From Reclinomonas americana ATCC 50394 (Eukaryota): a stretch of 64,000 nt of DNA. Where the stretch lies: assembly GCA_048213135.1 (NCBI GenBank), contig PS015489.1, positions 1-64,000 on the forward strand. The letters are read 5' to 3'. Below, piece by piece: positions 1 to 12,936 of this stretch (positions within the stretch are counted from its first letter, which is position 1; every line of letters starts with the position of its first letter). Made by a program: the position numbers and the translations under genes. Under the pieces are notes generated by a model, which saw only the letters and a program-made list of their open reading frames with translations, searched no databases and was not told the DNA's origin.

Positions 1-1668
1 ATCTGTGATTGCGGAAACGGTGAGAAATCGATCTGAATGTGGGTTCAACCACGAGCGACGCACTTGATGTTACCAAAGGTCTCCAGTTCGCACGTCCAGT
101 AGCGCAGCGTCTTGTCGACGCCAAGACTGAACATTACAAGACTCGGAGAAATGTGGTCCACTGTGCGCAGAATAGAAAGTGAGTTCGCGATATAAAGAGC
201 TCATCTTGCGTACTATGCCAAAAAAACGCAACAATCGACATGGTACGCCAGCGCATTGACGCCCTCCACATGACCCGCCATCACACTCACGCAGGCGCGC
301 AAGTTGAACTGCCACAGTTCGAGATCGCCGTTCGAGCATCCACCAACCACTCGCTCGCCATGCTCGCCCTGAAATCCGTTCGGGAGCACCATGAGGTGTG
401 TGACGCGACGCCGGCCTTGTGGCGGATAGAACCGATTGGCCATGCGGTCGCTGATGACGGTCTTGCTCTTCATGTCCACCACCTGGGGTGCACGCGGAGA
501 TGTGAGATAAAAACAAGCGAATCGATCACGTGATGATAGAAAGGAGACGCAACTTGAGGCGTGTACTGCGAGGTGGCCATCCACAACAGATCAGTGGAGG
601 GCGAGTAGATTGTGGCCATGACATTTTCGCGAATGTTGGGAATGGTGGACAGCAGCTCGCCCTGCATGCTCCAGAAGCACAGCTCTTGCTTGAAGGTGAT
701 GGTGAAGAAACTGCGATGTGACAACAATCAGCGGTGTCAGTGCGCACGACAGAACGGAAGCAATCTCTCTCGGGTGCACGACGCAACAAGCGCGAGTCCT
801 TGTTGAAGCCCACATCTTGCACGGCGCCACCCGTGTGGATCTCCTTCAGCTTGTTGTAGGTGGTCGAGTCACGAATGTGCACCACACCCTCGAAACTGGT
901 GATATCATCACCACACACACAATAACGTGATGAGTGAAAAAAGATACCGACGCGCCGCGCTGTGTACACACACACCTGGACGTAATGATGCGCTCCTCGG
1001 CAATGCGGATGCACGAGATAATGTCGCCCTGCACCTCAATCGGATCCAGTCGCTCAATGACCGGCTTCTCACCATCGACCGTGCCCTCAATATGCAACAC
1101 CTCCATTCGATCAATAGTGCCCAGCAGCATGTGATTATGCACCGCGTTCCACGCCATGCAGTACAGCGGCGACGTCAACTGCTCATAACATAGTGAGCAA
1201 AAAACCGCAGCAAGACCGTTTGGTCCAGCAGCTCATCCCAACGGTCTCGGCGCACCTTCCGCATATCAACGACCTCGCCACGCAGGTTCCACACCAACAG
1301 GCGCATATCCAGTGAGCACGAGAACAGCTGCTTGCGTTCCTCTCTACAACGCACAATGAGTAACCAATCGCCACCACGCAAACTTCAACAACCAATCTCA
1401 CACTTCGTGCGCGCATCGATCACTCACCCAAAGATCAATCCCGTAACCCATCCCAAATGCCCATACATGGTCCGCTCAACTTTCCCCGACTCCACATCCC
1501 ACTGCCGAATCACTCCATCACGATACCCTGCGTACACATGCACATGAATGAGAGATAAGAGAGTGTGTGTGAGAGAGAGCAACACACATTCTCTTGGTCT
1601 CCTTTTTCTCCGCGTCTTCCGTCTTTGTTCTCTCCTCTCTCTTTTGCTCTCTCTCACTCACTGAGAGG
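1..1668 (-). CDS. WD40-repeat protein, multi-exon, partial (5' end lost in gap 1669-2048; 3' end probably runs off the window)
   Basis: Spliced minus-strand exons give WD40 signatures: GYRDGVIRQWDVESGKVERTMYGHLGWVT, LFSCSLDMRLLVWN, VVGGCSNGDLELWQF...MAGHVEGVNAL. Confidence 0.75.
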
Positions 1669-2051
1669 NNNNNNNNNNNNNNNNNNNNNNNNNNNNNNNN
1701 NNNNNNNNNNNNNNNNNNNNNNNNNNNNNNNNNNNNNNNNNNNNNNNNNNNNNNNNNNNNNNNNNNNNNNNNNNNNNNNNNNNNNNNNNNNNNNNNNNNN
1801 NNNNNNNNNNNNNNNNNNNNNNNNNNNNNNNNNNNNNNNNNNNNNNNNNNNNNNNNNNNNNNNNNNNNNNNNNNNNNNNNNNNNNNNNNNNNNNNNNNNN
1901 NNNNNNNNNNNNNNNNNNNNNNNNNNNNNNNNNNNNNNNNNNNNNNNNNNNNNNNNNNNNNNNNNNNNNNNNNNNNNNNNNNNNNNNNNNNNNNNNNNNN
2001 NNNNNNNNNNNNNNNNNNNNNNNNNNNNNNNNNNNNNNNNNNNNNNNNCAG

Positions 2052-3369
2052 TTGAGTGATTTGAGGCGGCAGGCAGAGAGCGATGTGACGGCGCTGCAGC
2101 AGCGGGTGGAGGAGCTGAAGCACGACCGACAGGAGTCGCAGACTGAATTGGAACGGTGCCGTCGTGATATGGCCGCCATGGAGGCCGAGTTGGAGGATCA
2201 GGTGCGAGAGAGAGAGAGAGAAGAAGTAGCAGGCATGGCGTCGCCGAGCTCACACAGGTCGCAGGGCTTGCAAATCGAGCGATTACGGTCACGAGGTGGT
2301 GGTGGTGGTGGCAGTAGTAGTGATGTTGGTGGTGGAGTGGATCCCGAGTTGCTGCGAAAGGCCAAGCGCCAAGTGCGACGACTGGAGGATGAGCTGGCGG
2401 TGGAGCGGGAGAAATTGCGACGCGCAGTGACACGCCACAAGCGTGAAATGGAGAGCACGCTGGGAGAGTTGGCACGAGCGCAGGAGGCCGAGGCGCAGCT
2501 GCGTCGGCGCATGCGTGAACGTGATCCGCAGCGCGCCAGCGACAGTTCGCGTGGCAGTGGGCGCTCATCGCGAACCCCGACCCCGACACGCCGTCGCCAG
2601 CCGTCGCCGCAAGGCCGACGCACCAGTGGTGGTGGTGGCGGGAGTGCATTGTCATCATTGTTGCGTTACATGTCGAAAATGCTTGTTGTGGCGTCATTTT
2701 TTTCTTACTTTCATGCGTGCAGAAGTGGTGTCGCCGCACCAGCAGAGGAGTCGCGACGCCGATCCAACTCGTCGACGCGGTCTCGTTCCCCGCGAACTTC
2801 CTCTCGCGACTCGTCACTGGAGCGACCGCGGAGAAGACCATCGTCGAGTCCGAGTCGCAGCGGCACGGGTGCAGCTCCCCCACCGCCGCTGTCGCTAGCC
2901 TCCGCCGCCGCCGCACATCCGCGCCGTCGTCTCTCGCAAGACAGTCACGGCTCGGCATCGTCGGCAGCCGGTCGTCCCCCGCGCTCCGCCAACACTGCTG
3001 CTCCGCGCAACCCGTCGCCCCGGCACCAGAGACCATCCCCGCGGCGACCGTCGCCCTCGCCATCGGCCACGGTCGTCGATGCGGCCAGGAGAACAGGCAG
3101 CGGTGAACGGTACGATTGTGATGATGAGCACGTTGCTGTTGTTGATGCCGCACCACTAAAAAACAGGCGCAGTTCATGGCGTCGCACACCGTCGCCGGTG
3201 CGAGCCGAAAGCCCCACTGCATTCGTCGCCAATGGCAGCCGAGATCGCGATCGGCCACCTTCGCAACGATCGGCCTCGTCCACCGGCTCCGCAGGCCATC
3301 GGTCCTCCAATGACAGCGCCTCTGCGGCAGCAGGTGGAGCAGCAGGAGCCCCGCCTCTCGCACGTCGAG
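2052..3369 (+). CDS. CCDC61: Coiled-coil plus Arg/Ser-rich low-complexity exons; probable 3' half of CCDC61 on an inverted contig
   Basis: Contig 2049-3433 begins with an acceptor CAG, then phase-0 LSDLRRQAESDVTALQQRVEELK. This continues the minus-strand exon ending NVMLRQQ|GTGAG at 3685. Internal introns at about 2202-2263 and 2660-2722. Confidence 0.6.
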
Positions 3370-3684
3370 GTCAGTGAGTTGTCCCTTGTTCGAATCTGCC
3401 AGCTTCCGTGCACTCACGAAGCAACGCAGAGAANNNNNNNNNNNNNNNNNNNNNNNNNNNNNNNNNNNNNNNNNNNNNNNNNNNNNNNNNNNNNNNNNNN
3501 NNNNNNNNNNNNNNNNNNNNNNNNNNNNNNNNNNNNNNNNNNNNNNNNNNNNNNNNNNNNNNNNNNNNNNNNNNNNNNNNNNNNNNNNNNNNNNNNNNNN
3601 NNNNNNNNNNNNNNNNCACGAGCGCATCGTCAACACCCGCCGATCGACGCACACGCATCCTTCCTCTCTCTCTCTTTCCCTCAC

Positions 3685-4391
3685 CTGTTGCCGCAGCATC
3701 ACATTCTCGTCGCGCAATCGTTCCACCTCGACCGACGACGACGAGCCGGTCACGCCTGTTGACGCCGACGAGGCAGCCAGCTTGGCACGCAACTCCCGAA
3801 TGGTGTTCTTCAGGCGACTCGGATCGGGCGAGTCCTCAAAGAACAGCGGCAGCGGGTAGTGGATGCGATCAAACTCCATGACATAGGTCAGAATGAGGTA
3901 CCTCTTGTTGGTGGATCGCGAGCCGAGCGACGCCGACGCCCCCACTACCACACTGTTGTCGCCATTGGCGGACTTGGCCGACTGCAAGCGCGCCAGGTCC
4001 TGGAACGTCAGCAGATCGACAAACACCGAGCGCGAATCGCCCGTCAACGCCGCCAACAGCATGCGACAGAACACGGAAAACTTCTTCGCACTGCCCGCCT
4101 TGTGCGTCGTCTTCTCAATGACTGCGCGTGGCAATCGCCGTTGAGCGACACCAACGCACACATACGCATGTATGTATGCACGTAACATTGACGAGTGAAC
4201 TCTCCTCTCCACGAGTCTCCACTGCCTCGCTCCTCCGCTTGCACCACCAACACAGCGCGCTCATCGTCGACTTCATGCTGCTCATCGCCGCTACCCGAGG
4301 CCGCGCCACCCACCACACTCACACTCATGATGTAGTCGAGTCCATGAAACCGCTTCTCACTCTCCACCAACAGCGGTGTCTCGCCACTCAT
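3685..4391 (-). CDS. CCDC61: CCDC61/VFL3 centriolar protein, N-terminal head domain and start of coiled coil
   Basis: FHGLDYIMSV...WRGEFTRQ|FIEKTTHKAGSAKKFSVFCRML...VFVDLLTFQDL...NKRYLILTYVMEFDRIHYPLPL matches the CCDC61 head motifs. One intron with its donor at 4186. Confidence 0.92.
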
Positions 4392-4499
4392 CCTCGTGTG
4401 TAACGGTGCAAAAAAAGGGCGGCTTCCCGCGCTTTCTCGTTTGGATTTGTCCTTGAATTTTCGATCTTCACAACCTCCATCCACCATATCACACAGGCG
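4392..4499. promoter_or_regulatory. Putative bidirectional promoter (108 nt)
   Basis: Separates the divergent ATGs at 4391 (-) and 4500 (+). Confidence 0.45.
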
Positions 4500-7400
4500 A
4501 TGAGTCGGCATTACACCGACGGCGTCAGTGTGATCGAGGCGCGCGTGCCTCTGCTGGATGTTGCGTGTCCTCTTTGTCGTGTGTGTATATGTGCGTGCGC
4601 GTGCAGGCGAAAACGAGCGAGTCCGAAGATGGTCATGTCCTGGGCTCACTCTCTCGCTCTCTGCAGCTCTCCACTGCGTCGCAGCGGCAGGCGGCATCGG
4701 GGAGCTTTGGTCGTCCTTCTGTGCGATCGGTGCCGGGAGTGCCGACTCTGGGCGCACGCAGGTGCGTCTCTGTCTCTGTCTTTCTTTGTGAGAGAGAAAA
4801 CCGTGCGATTGATCCGATGGCGCACACGCACAGCTGGCGCGTGACTGCGCAAGTGTACACGCATGGACGTGCGCCGGTGGTCAGTGCCGCGCTGTTGGAG
4901 CCTGTGCTGCGTCGATCGTCTGTTGCGTTGCAGTCGTCTCTCCCTGCCACCAGAGTGATCGATCCCACGCTCAACACTGTCACACAGCGACTGGGAAGCA
5001 CGGGTGCGTCGCCGCCACGCATCACCGAAGTCGATGATGATGGGCACACGATTCCCATGACGACGGCCAGATCGATGGATTCCATGTCGACCATGGAGGT
5101 GGCCACGGCGCGCGATGCATCGCCTCGACAGTTGCGCTTCTTGTGTGTGTGCTCTGGTGCGTGTGTGTCGCGCATGATCGTGACATGGTGTGCTTGGGCA
5201 GTGGTGAGTTGCCGTACTTGGAGCCCGAGGCGCCTCCGCAGGCCGAGTGGACGCGCGTGGTGCGACACGAGTCGCCGAGTATCACCAAGCGAGTGGCGGC
5301 GTCGCTCTTTTATCGAGTTGCGTGCTCACTGCGTGCGAGTCTGGTTCCTCCCGCTGCTGACCATGTGCATGCATGTTCACAGACACCGGTGGTGGCTGGG
5401 GCTGCGAATCCGGCGGCGTCGCCCCGATGGAACCGACCCGACTCGAATGCGTTGGACGTGGCAGGTGGACGCCGAGTCAACGTGGTCGACACGGCGTGGG
5501 ATACGGAGAGAAAGAGTCTGTCGGGTTCACAGCGCACGTCGCCGAGTCCATCGCCGCGCCCCCTGCGTCTGGATGTGCCGGGGGCGGTTGCCACGCCGAC
5601 GTCAAGAGGCTCCACACGGCCGCCGACTTCTCTCTCTGCCATTGATGTGGCCTCGACGCCGCGCTCCATGTCACGTCCCGGCACATCCGACAGCCTGCTG
5701 CGACCCGAAGGTTGTTCTTCAGCTCAGTCTCCAAAGTGCGAGCGTGGACTAAACTCTGCGGGGCTTGCAGGTGCAGGATCGCCGCGCTCGCAGTCACCGC
5801 ACGGAGTTCGGATACCCAGACCACCGCTTATGCGCGGCATGGTGGAACGCGACGAGCACCCGTACTCTGGCTCTGTCACCGACTTGCCGAAACCGCCACT
5901 CACCATGGAGCGTGCGAGGCAGATTGTCTCCGAGTTTCAACGAGTTGTGTATAATGTCGCGCATTTCATGGTGGGCGCGTATCCGCACACTCACTGTTTG
6001 CACAGCACTTTGAGACTTCGTCGGTGCCGACCACGGTGGCTCGCCAGTTGAAGATTGCCCCGCGTGGTGAGAACGGCAAGCCAGTGTCCAATAGTGTGGA
6101 CGGACCCGAGAATGTTGCGTCTTTTTTGCTCGTCGCAGACGCGGATACGTGTCTTGCTCACTCGCTGATTGAAGTTTGGCAAGCTGGCGGCCAGCATTCG
6201 CGATGGTGTTGATTTTGTGACCAGTGCGCTGCAGTCGTCGGGTGGAGTACAGATGCCACTCGACACGCTGCAGTCGCTCCAAGGCGAACTGCTGGAGGCC
6301 CACGTGCGCATTCAGCAAAAGGTGAGTGCTGTCATTGTCTGGCATGTCGGTTGCTCTTGGTTCTCACTGCTGAGTGCTGTGAAAAGATCGAGGAGACGCA
6401 AACATTAATGCTGACCGATCAAGGCATCGGCACCGACGCAGTGGCGCTGCCGGAGCCGTGGCAAGACCTCACACGCACTCCCCGACACACTTTTGATCCC
6501 GCCCATGCCATCGAGGGTATGATACTGTTTGTGGAAAAGGACAAGCGCGGACACGTGCTGGATGAGTTGTCTGTTGCGTGCAGTACTTTCCTCGTCGCCA
6601 TCCTCTGGCGTATTCTCATGTTGCGATCGCGGTAGGGCGAGGCATTCACGGCTGTCAAGGAACTGGTCAATGAGATTGTGTACGTGTCGATTTTCGAGGG
6701 TCAGCAGCGAGAGGAAGCGCGGCGACAGGAGCAGCTGCGCAGAGAGCAAGAGGAGCGCTCTCGTCAACGTTGAGTGACATCAATGTCGGTTTTTGTGGTG
6801 GAGATCACCAACTGACAGGAGATGGTGATGCAGGGGAGCTTGTGCTCTTGTCACACGAGGACTTTGACAGTCATCGGCTTCGCGATTTCGAACGGTACCT
6901 GATGCGGCAGGCGATTGAGTGGAGGGAGCGCGAGATGGAGAGACTGCGTGCGGAGGTCAGTCGCTTTTGTCGTCCATCTGTCGCCTCTGTCCCTTTCATC
7001 TCACTGTGTGCACACACAGGAGGCGCGCATGGTGGTGCACGGCGCGTATGAGACTGTCATGGCATGCGTCTCGCACGCCATGTCCATGTCGCAGGCGTCG
7101 GACATTGATTTCTGCTCGCTGATGGTGCAGAGCTGTTTCGAGCGTGCGGTGTTTGTAAGGTGGCGTTTCTCTCACCGCCCATTAAGAGCAGAGTGACCGC
7201 AGAGAGGGAGAGAGGGAGAGAGAGAGAACAGGGAGAAGTTTCACCATGAATATGGAGGGGTGCTTTGGGAGCAGACAGAACGCAGACAGTGAGAGGGAGG
7301 GGTGAGTGAAAGAGAGAGTGAAACGGGAGAGGGAGAGAGAGACGCAGTAGGCAGGTTCACCGTGGAAATGGAGGGGTGCTGTGGGAGCAGACAGTGAGAG

Positions 7401-9651
7401 GGAGAGGGAGTGAGAGAGAGAGAGAGAGAGAGAGTGAGTGAGTAGGCAAGTTCGCCGTGGAAAGGGAGGGGTGCTGTGGGAGCAGACAGAACGCAGACAG
7501 TGAGAGCGAGAGAGAGAGAGGCAGAGCGCGCAGACAGAACAGAAATAGTGCGAGAGAGAGTGTGTGTGTGTGTGTGTGTGTGAAAAGGGGAGAGAGAGGG
7601 AGAGTGAAAGAAAAAAGCAGTGACAGCAGACAGAACAGAGAGAGAGAGAGAGAGACAGAGCGCGCAGACAGAACAGAGATAGTAACCGAGAGAGACAGAG
7701 AGCAGACAGAACAGAGGTAGTGCGAGAGAGAGAGAGAAAAAGGGAGAGAGAGAGCGCGCGCGCGCAGACAGAACAGAGATAGTAACCGAGAGAGAGAGAG
7801 AGAGTGAGAGAGAGAGAGTGAAAAAGGGAGAGATAGTGAGACAGAGAGAGAAAGAGAGTGCCTGTGAGTATCGTGCTGACGGTGAATTGTCTGTGGTTAT
7901 CGCAGTGACGAGACCATCACCACGGAGATGCGTGCCGCGGTGTACAGCTGCGCCAACGCGGCGATATTCCTGGTGGATGCCGGTCTGGATGATCCCGCCG
8001 ACATTGGTGTGAATTGGAGACAGTCGACGACGATTGCCATGCAGCATGCGTACAGTCATCCGATGTCTCGCGCCGGCACTGGGCACACACATGTTGCGTC
8101 GGAGACCGAATCGTGCAGACGAGTGCTTGCAAACCCTCACAGCTGACCCTTAACAAACACACAGGACTCGTCGGTGCAAGCCGGTGTGATGGACATGTTT
8201 GTTGACGATGAGCTGTTTGCACGATCGCGGTCTGCAGTGGATGCACGCACGGTGTTGCACGATCTGGGGTACATGCAGGGACCGCCCGCGGTGAATCTGC
8301 GACGACCCACTCGTGCGGCCTCGGCCGGTAACACGTACCGTCGACGATCGGCACGCTCCCTCCAACCGGGCTCGGTGAGCGTGCGATTGAGACGTGGTTA
8401 TTGCATGCAATCCGAATGTCGCTCACTGCGCGCTCTCTCTCTCTCTCTCTCTCTGTCTGACAGCCACACCGGCACTGGGAGACCTCTTCGGATGGCGAAG
8501 ACGCTGACCTGTTCAACTTGCACACATCACCCGCGCGCGGTCGCATTCCCAATTCACCACCGAGCAATTATCTCGGTCCCGAGTTTGCCTTGCGCGTCCC
8601 GCCACACAAGGTGCGTGAACGCAGGGGGGCAGGGCGGGCGGGCGGCAAGTGTTTCTTTGAGTACTCATCATCCCATTGTTGGCGACAGACCTCATCACCC
8701 AGCCTCCCGAATCCCGACCCGCAAGTTCTCTCGCTGCCATTCTACAAGCGCTTCCGTATCTCGCGGCGCACAACGGGCACCGTGCCGCAGGGCGCCGCCA
8801 GCACACACCCGTATCTGATTGCTCGATCGCCCACCGGTCGACCGTCCTTCCCGCTGCCGGCACCGCTGACGCACGCCAATGGGGAAGGTGAAGCTGGAGA
8901 GGAGGAGGCCATGTCGGTGGAGGTGTACGCGGAGCCGCCGAGTGCACGGCGGCGGTCGTCGCGGTCACCTGCGGCTCGCTCGCGCCCCACCACTGCGTCG
9001 TCGGAGCCGAGTTCGCGCACGCTAGTCACCTTTGTCAACACGGATTCCAAGGCCGCCGCTGTGTCACAACCACCACCTCCACCACAGCCACTGCCGCCAC
9101 GCCGACGCATGTATCGCGCCGCAGAACCGATTGAGGCCCTGGCGTCGCCGCCCGCGCCACCACCCAACGACTCGCCGAGCTTCCACGCCGGTCTGGATGC
9201 CGCTCGACGAGATCTGGCCGATCAGGAGACCGACTGGCAGCGCAGCAGCGTGCGCAGTCCGTCCGAGTACGAGGTGACGGACAGTGAGGCCAGCGAGGTG
9301 GAGCAGGACGAGGTGGATGCGAACGCGGAGAGTGACACCGACAAGGAGGAGGTGGAGCACTACGGCATGTACTTTGTCGTGGACTGGCGCAACACCGTGT
9401 CGTGTGTGGTGGACACGTTTATGCAGCAGTTGATGACAGATGTGGTGGAGGAGGTGGAGAAGTGGGAGAAGGGCGTGCTGGAGCGGGAGGATGGTAAGTG
9501 GGGGTGGAGTGGGGGAGGGAGAGAGGGAGTGCGTGCTCACTGTGTTGTTGATGCAGCTCGCAAGTCAGCGACACCGTACGGCCGCGGTCTCAAATTGGGG
9601 GGTGGCATGGCGGGATTGCGCTCCGTTGCTCGGCGTGCCATGCGGTTCTGA
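4500..9651 (+). CDS. Hypothetical multi-exon protein (Ser/Pro-rich, central helical/coiled-coil part, acidic C-terminal region)
   Basis: Phase-compatible GT-AG exon chain from MSRHYTDGVSVIEARVPLLD to ...VARRAMRF*. No domain recognised. It could be two genes split at the long 7160-7905 intron. Confidence 0.55.
7200..7860 (+). repeat. Intronic GA-rich degenerate tandem repeat (core GCAGACAGAAC, CGTGGAAA-GGAGGGGTGCTGTGGGA)
   Basis: Core units recur several times between (GA)n/(GT)n runs. Confidence 0.85.
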
Positions 9652-10378
9652 GGATGGGCAAAAGCAGATTGTTTAAGAGCGAGTGATATCGATGTAGATG
9701 AATGTGGACAGATGATATGTTTCGTGTGTACTGGGATGGTGGTGGCGATGGTGAAAAAGTGGTGTCTCAAAGGGCGGTGAGATGTGGTCGCAGCAGCGGC
9801 GGCTTGTCGGAATTTTGACACAATTTTAACAACGACGGAACACAACTCTGGACGCACGTGCACACCGAGACGCGCGTAGCAATGCGAGCGGCATTCATCG
9901 CTGTGCTTGTGCTTACCGTTGTTGGAGTGGCGCTTTACAGGTGAGGGAACAGCATCGCGTGTGTGTACGTACTAGTCTGTGTGAGAGCACACACAAGAGC
10001 GTGGTGCATTTCAGCGCGTCGGTATACTTCTTCGGCTGGCAGTCGAGAGCTGGCGCAGCATATAATGTCTCGCGGCTGGCGCGCGAAATCGGTGAGTTGT
10101 GGTCGCAACTTTGAAGAGATGGAAGTAACAACAGCAACGAAATCTGCATTCTCAACAAATATCGATCGACGTCGCTGAGGGTCCACCCCTCTTCCCCGTG
10201 TCAACCGTGGAGCAGTTCTGGTCACATGCGATCATGAGAATCGCAAAAGAGGCGACAGGGAGGACACAAGTGACCCCCTATGGGTCAGGAGTGCGGCCTG
10301 ATATGACGACGGCTTCCGCTGTTCGTCGGAGTCAGGGGAAAACGTCGAACATGGTGTGGAGTCCCCAATGGCTCACCT

Positions 10379-11472
10379 TCAAGAAATGCGCGCGAACCAA
10401 GGTAAGTTGTCCGGGTGCAGCCAGTCAGGGAGGCCTCCTGCCACGGAACTGTAGTCGCGAGGACAGAGACCGAGTAACGTCTCTGGCCTCTGACGGATGT
10501 AGTCGAGGACACGCTGAACTTCCTCCTCCAAGATGTCATGCGGATCCTGAGTGGGCGTGAGCGAGTAGATGATGAGCTTGCAGGTGTCGGTAGCCGTACG
10601 GAGCGCCTGGTGCAAAAGAATGAGAAATACGCCAGAACGAGTCCCAGCAATCTTGCTTACCCTGCCAGTTAGAGGCACCAGCGAGTCTTCGGACGGAGAA
10701 CTTCCGTCGACGTCGGGTGATGCAGAGAGTTGCAGTCGGCGCTCTACTGCATCGGACAGCCGCTGCAGTGTATCCCTCAGGACTGCAGCGACGCAGCGGC
10801 ATTCATCGCAAGTGCACGACTTCTCCAAAAACATAGCCGTTCGGCACGCAGCAGCGAAAGCGGCTGGCAGGCCGCTGTCAATGACAGCCCTGCGAGACGA
10901 CGAAGCTGCGACCACGGGTACAGACAGATATTCGCTGATGTACAGTGGCTCTCCCTCGCGGCCAGCGTCGAATGGGTCATCATTTAGTGGCTGCATGCCA
11001 CAGGATCTGAACGCTCGCGACACAACGGATGCGTAGGGTGTGGGGATTCTCAAGCTGGCCTTGTCCAGTGCCTCCAGAAGCGAGAGCGCGTGCCTGGTCA
11101 CACGCGACTCGTCTTCCAGCTCTTCTCCGGCAGGCTGGCCATGGAGTTCCTCCAGCAGGCCCAGCGCCACAATGCGAATTTCGTCGACGGATTCGATCAA
11201 CTGCGCATGCACACCACACCATGAGGTCGGCGCACACGTACAAGGTGAGTGAAACACGACGCAACTTCAGGCGAGGGCGCAGATGACACGCTCGTCAGAT
11301 AACGCGAAGTGTCGCCCACCACCTCCACTCCGCGCATCGCCGCACAACGGCAGAGCCCCAAACTCGGACGCATGAGCTTGCCAGGGCGAAGGGACCCCCA
11401 GATGAGGTTCAGAGCAAACCACAAATCGGTCAAGGAGCGCGAAAAGCCCGCTGAGGTGGGCGCTGTGCTCAT
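10379..11472 (-). CDS. Hypothetical helical protein, spliced; 3' end uncertain (further exons may reach about 9900)
   Basis: Exon MSTAPTSAG...SPE|GTTGCG splices in phase to the 10379-11257 ORF (LIESVDEIRIVALGLLEEL...). A further ORF lies at 9935-10225. Confidence 0.55.
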
Positions 11473-11564
11473 GTAAACCCAGTGGCAAGCTGCTGGGACA
11501 AAATCATTTCATTTAATAGTGTAATAATCAGCATATAAGTCAATGTATCACCGTACGTCTTTCA

Positions 11565-12779
11565 CTACGTCATCGCCGCCGCTGCAGAACCAGTGCCCCT
11601 CGCCACGTGACTGCTCGCCTGCAGCGCCACCAACGCCGCATCGTGCACCTCACGCACCTGCGCAGCACTGCCCCGCATCTGCGCCAGCACATCCTCAATC
11701 GTACTACAGCTCAGCGGAATCGGTGCGCCCGCCAGTCGCTGCACACCGCCCCACCCGAGCCACACCAGCACCACACCCAGAAGCACAAGGTACAGCATTC
11801 CCCTCATGCGCAGCTTTGCCGCATCCGCCTGCTTCTGCACCTCCAGCCGCCGCTCCTCCAGCTCGCGCATCTCACGCTGCTGCTCCTCCTCCGCGGAGTC
11901 GTCTCGACGCATCACAACGCGCAGCTGCTCCACCCGCTCCCACAGCTCCCGCAACTGCACTTGCAACCCCGCCTCACGCTGCCGGTACCCCACAACGCCG
12001 ACCACCGCAATCGCACACAAGCACACACCGATGCCTTGCAACGACTGCACCCAGTCCAACCAGCTCTCGCTCGCCGCCGCATACGTGAACAGCGCACGCA
12101 CTTGCATCTCCACGTCCTCCAGCTCTCGCTGCAGCGCCGTGCTCACAATCGGTGCGGCCACCGCCTGCAGCCGCGTCGCCGCACGATGCATGATTAGTGC
12201 CAGCTCCTTGTCGGCCTTGCTGTGTGGCAACACCGCATTCGCCTGCGCCATATCCGACGCCAGCAGCATCGCCACGGCCGTCTTTAGTGCCACCACCGTC
12301 TCCTGCAGAGTAGCGGCACCAGTGAGTGGGCGGAGAGACAGACGTGAGTGAGAGAGAGAGACGCAACTCGCAGTTTGCTGCACGCCTCTCGTGCGACAGT
12401 GAGTTGCTGTCTGGCCGCCACCGACACACGTCCTAGTGCCGCACCCAGCTCCGACGCATTCACCGCGTCGTCCACGTTCTTGAAGTAGGCCTCGAAACGA
12501 TCAGTCGCAAGCTGCAAAGGGATTGATCCCATCATCAAACATCATTCATCATCTCAGGATGTCGACACTCAAACACACACCGACAAATCCCTGAGCAGAG
12601 CGTTGGCTTGCTCGTGTGATGACGCCGTCACTCTCAACACCCCACTGCGCGCATGAGAGGAACACGTGTGTGCGTGAGTGAGCGAGTGAATGCACAATGC
12701 AGAGTTGCGAGCACGAACGCAACAGCAAGAGACACACTGCCACAAGCAGCAGAGCGAGCGCGGGCGAAGGCAGTCTCAT
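11565..12779 (-). CDS. Signal-peptide, two-TM coiled-coil membrane protein (paralog A)
   Basis: Signal-like MRLPSPALALLLVAVCLLL; TM1 GIGVCLCAIAVVGVVGY; coiled coil; TM2 MLYLVLLGVVLVWLGWGG; four exons in compatible phase. Confidence 0.7.
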
Positions 12780-12936
12780 GGAAACGCGCGTGGTGCAACT
12801 CGCCGAAACCAACCAAGAAGACAACAACAAGAGGCCGGCCGCCGGATTGCCGGATTTGAAACGCACCGCCGACCACACACAGAGTGGGTGTGCACGTGTC
12901 TTCTTTTTTCCTCTCATCGAGCAGCGCGAACGCACA
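12780..12936. promoter_or_regulatory. Putative bidirectional promoter (157 nt) shared by the paralogous membrane-protein genes
   Basis: Divergent ATGs at 12779 (-) and 12937 (+). Confidence 0.5.

Noticed and set aside
1654-4212. 852-aa ORF and other long ORFs containing X runs
   Set aside because: They read through N gaps and antisense GC-rich sequence. Only the CCDC61 exon part is credible.
4415-4460. E2F-like (TTCCCGCG) and CHR-like (TTGAA) promoter motifs
   Set aside because: Short, imperfect and expected by chance; no support from the sequence alone.
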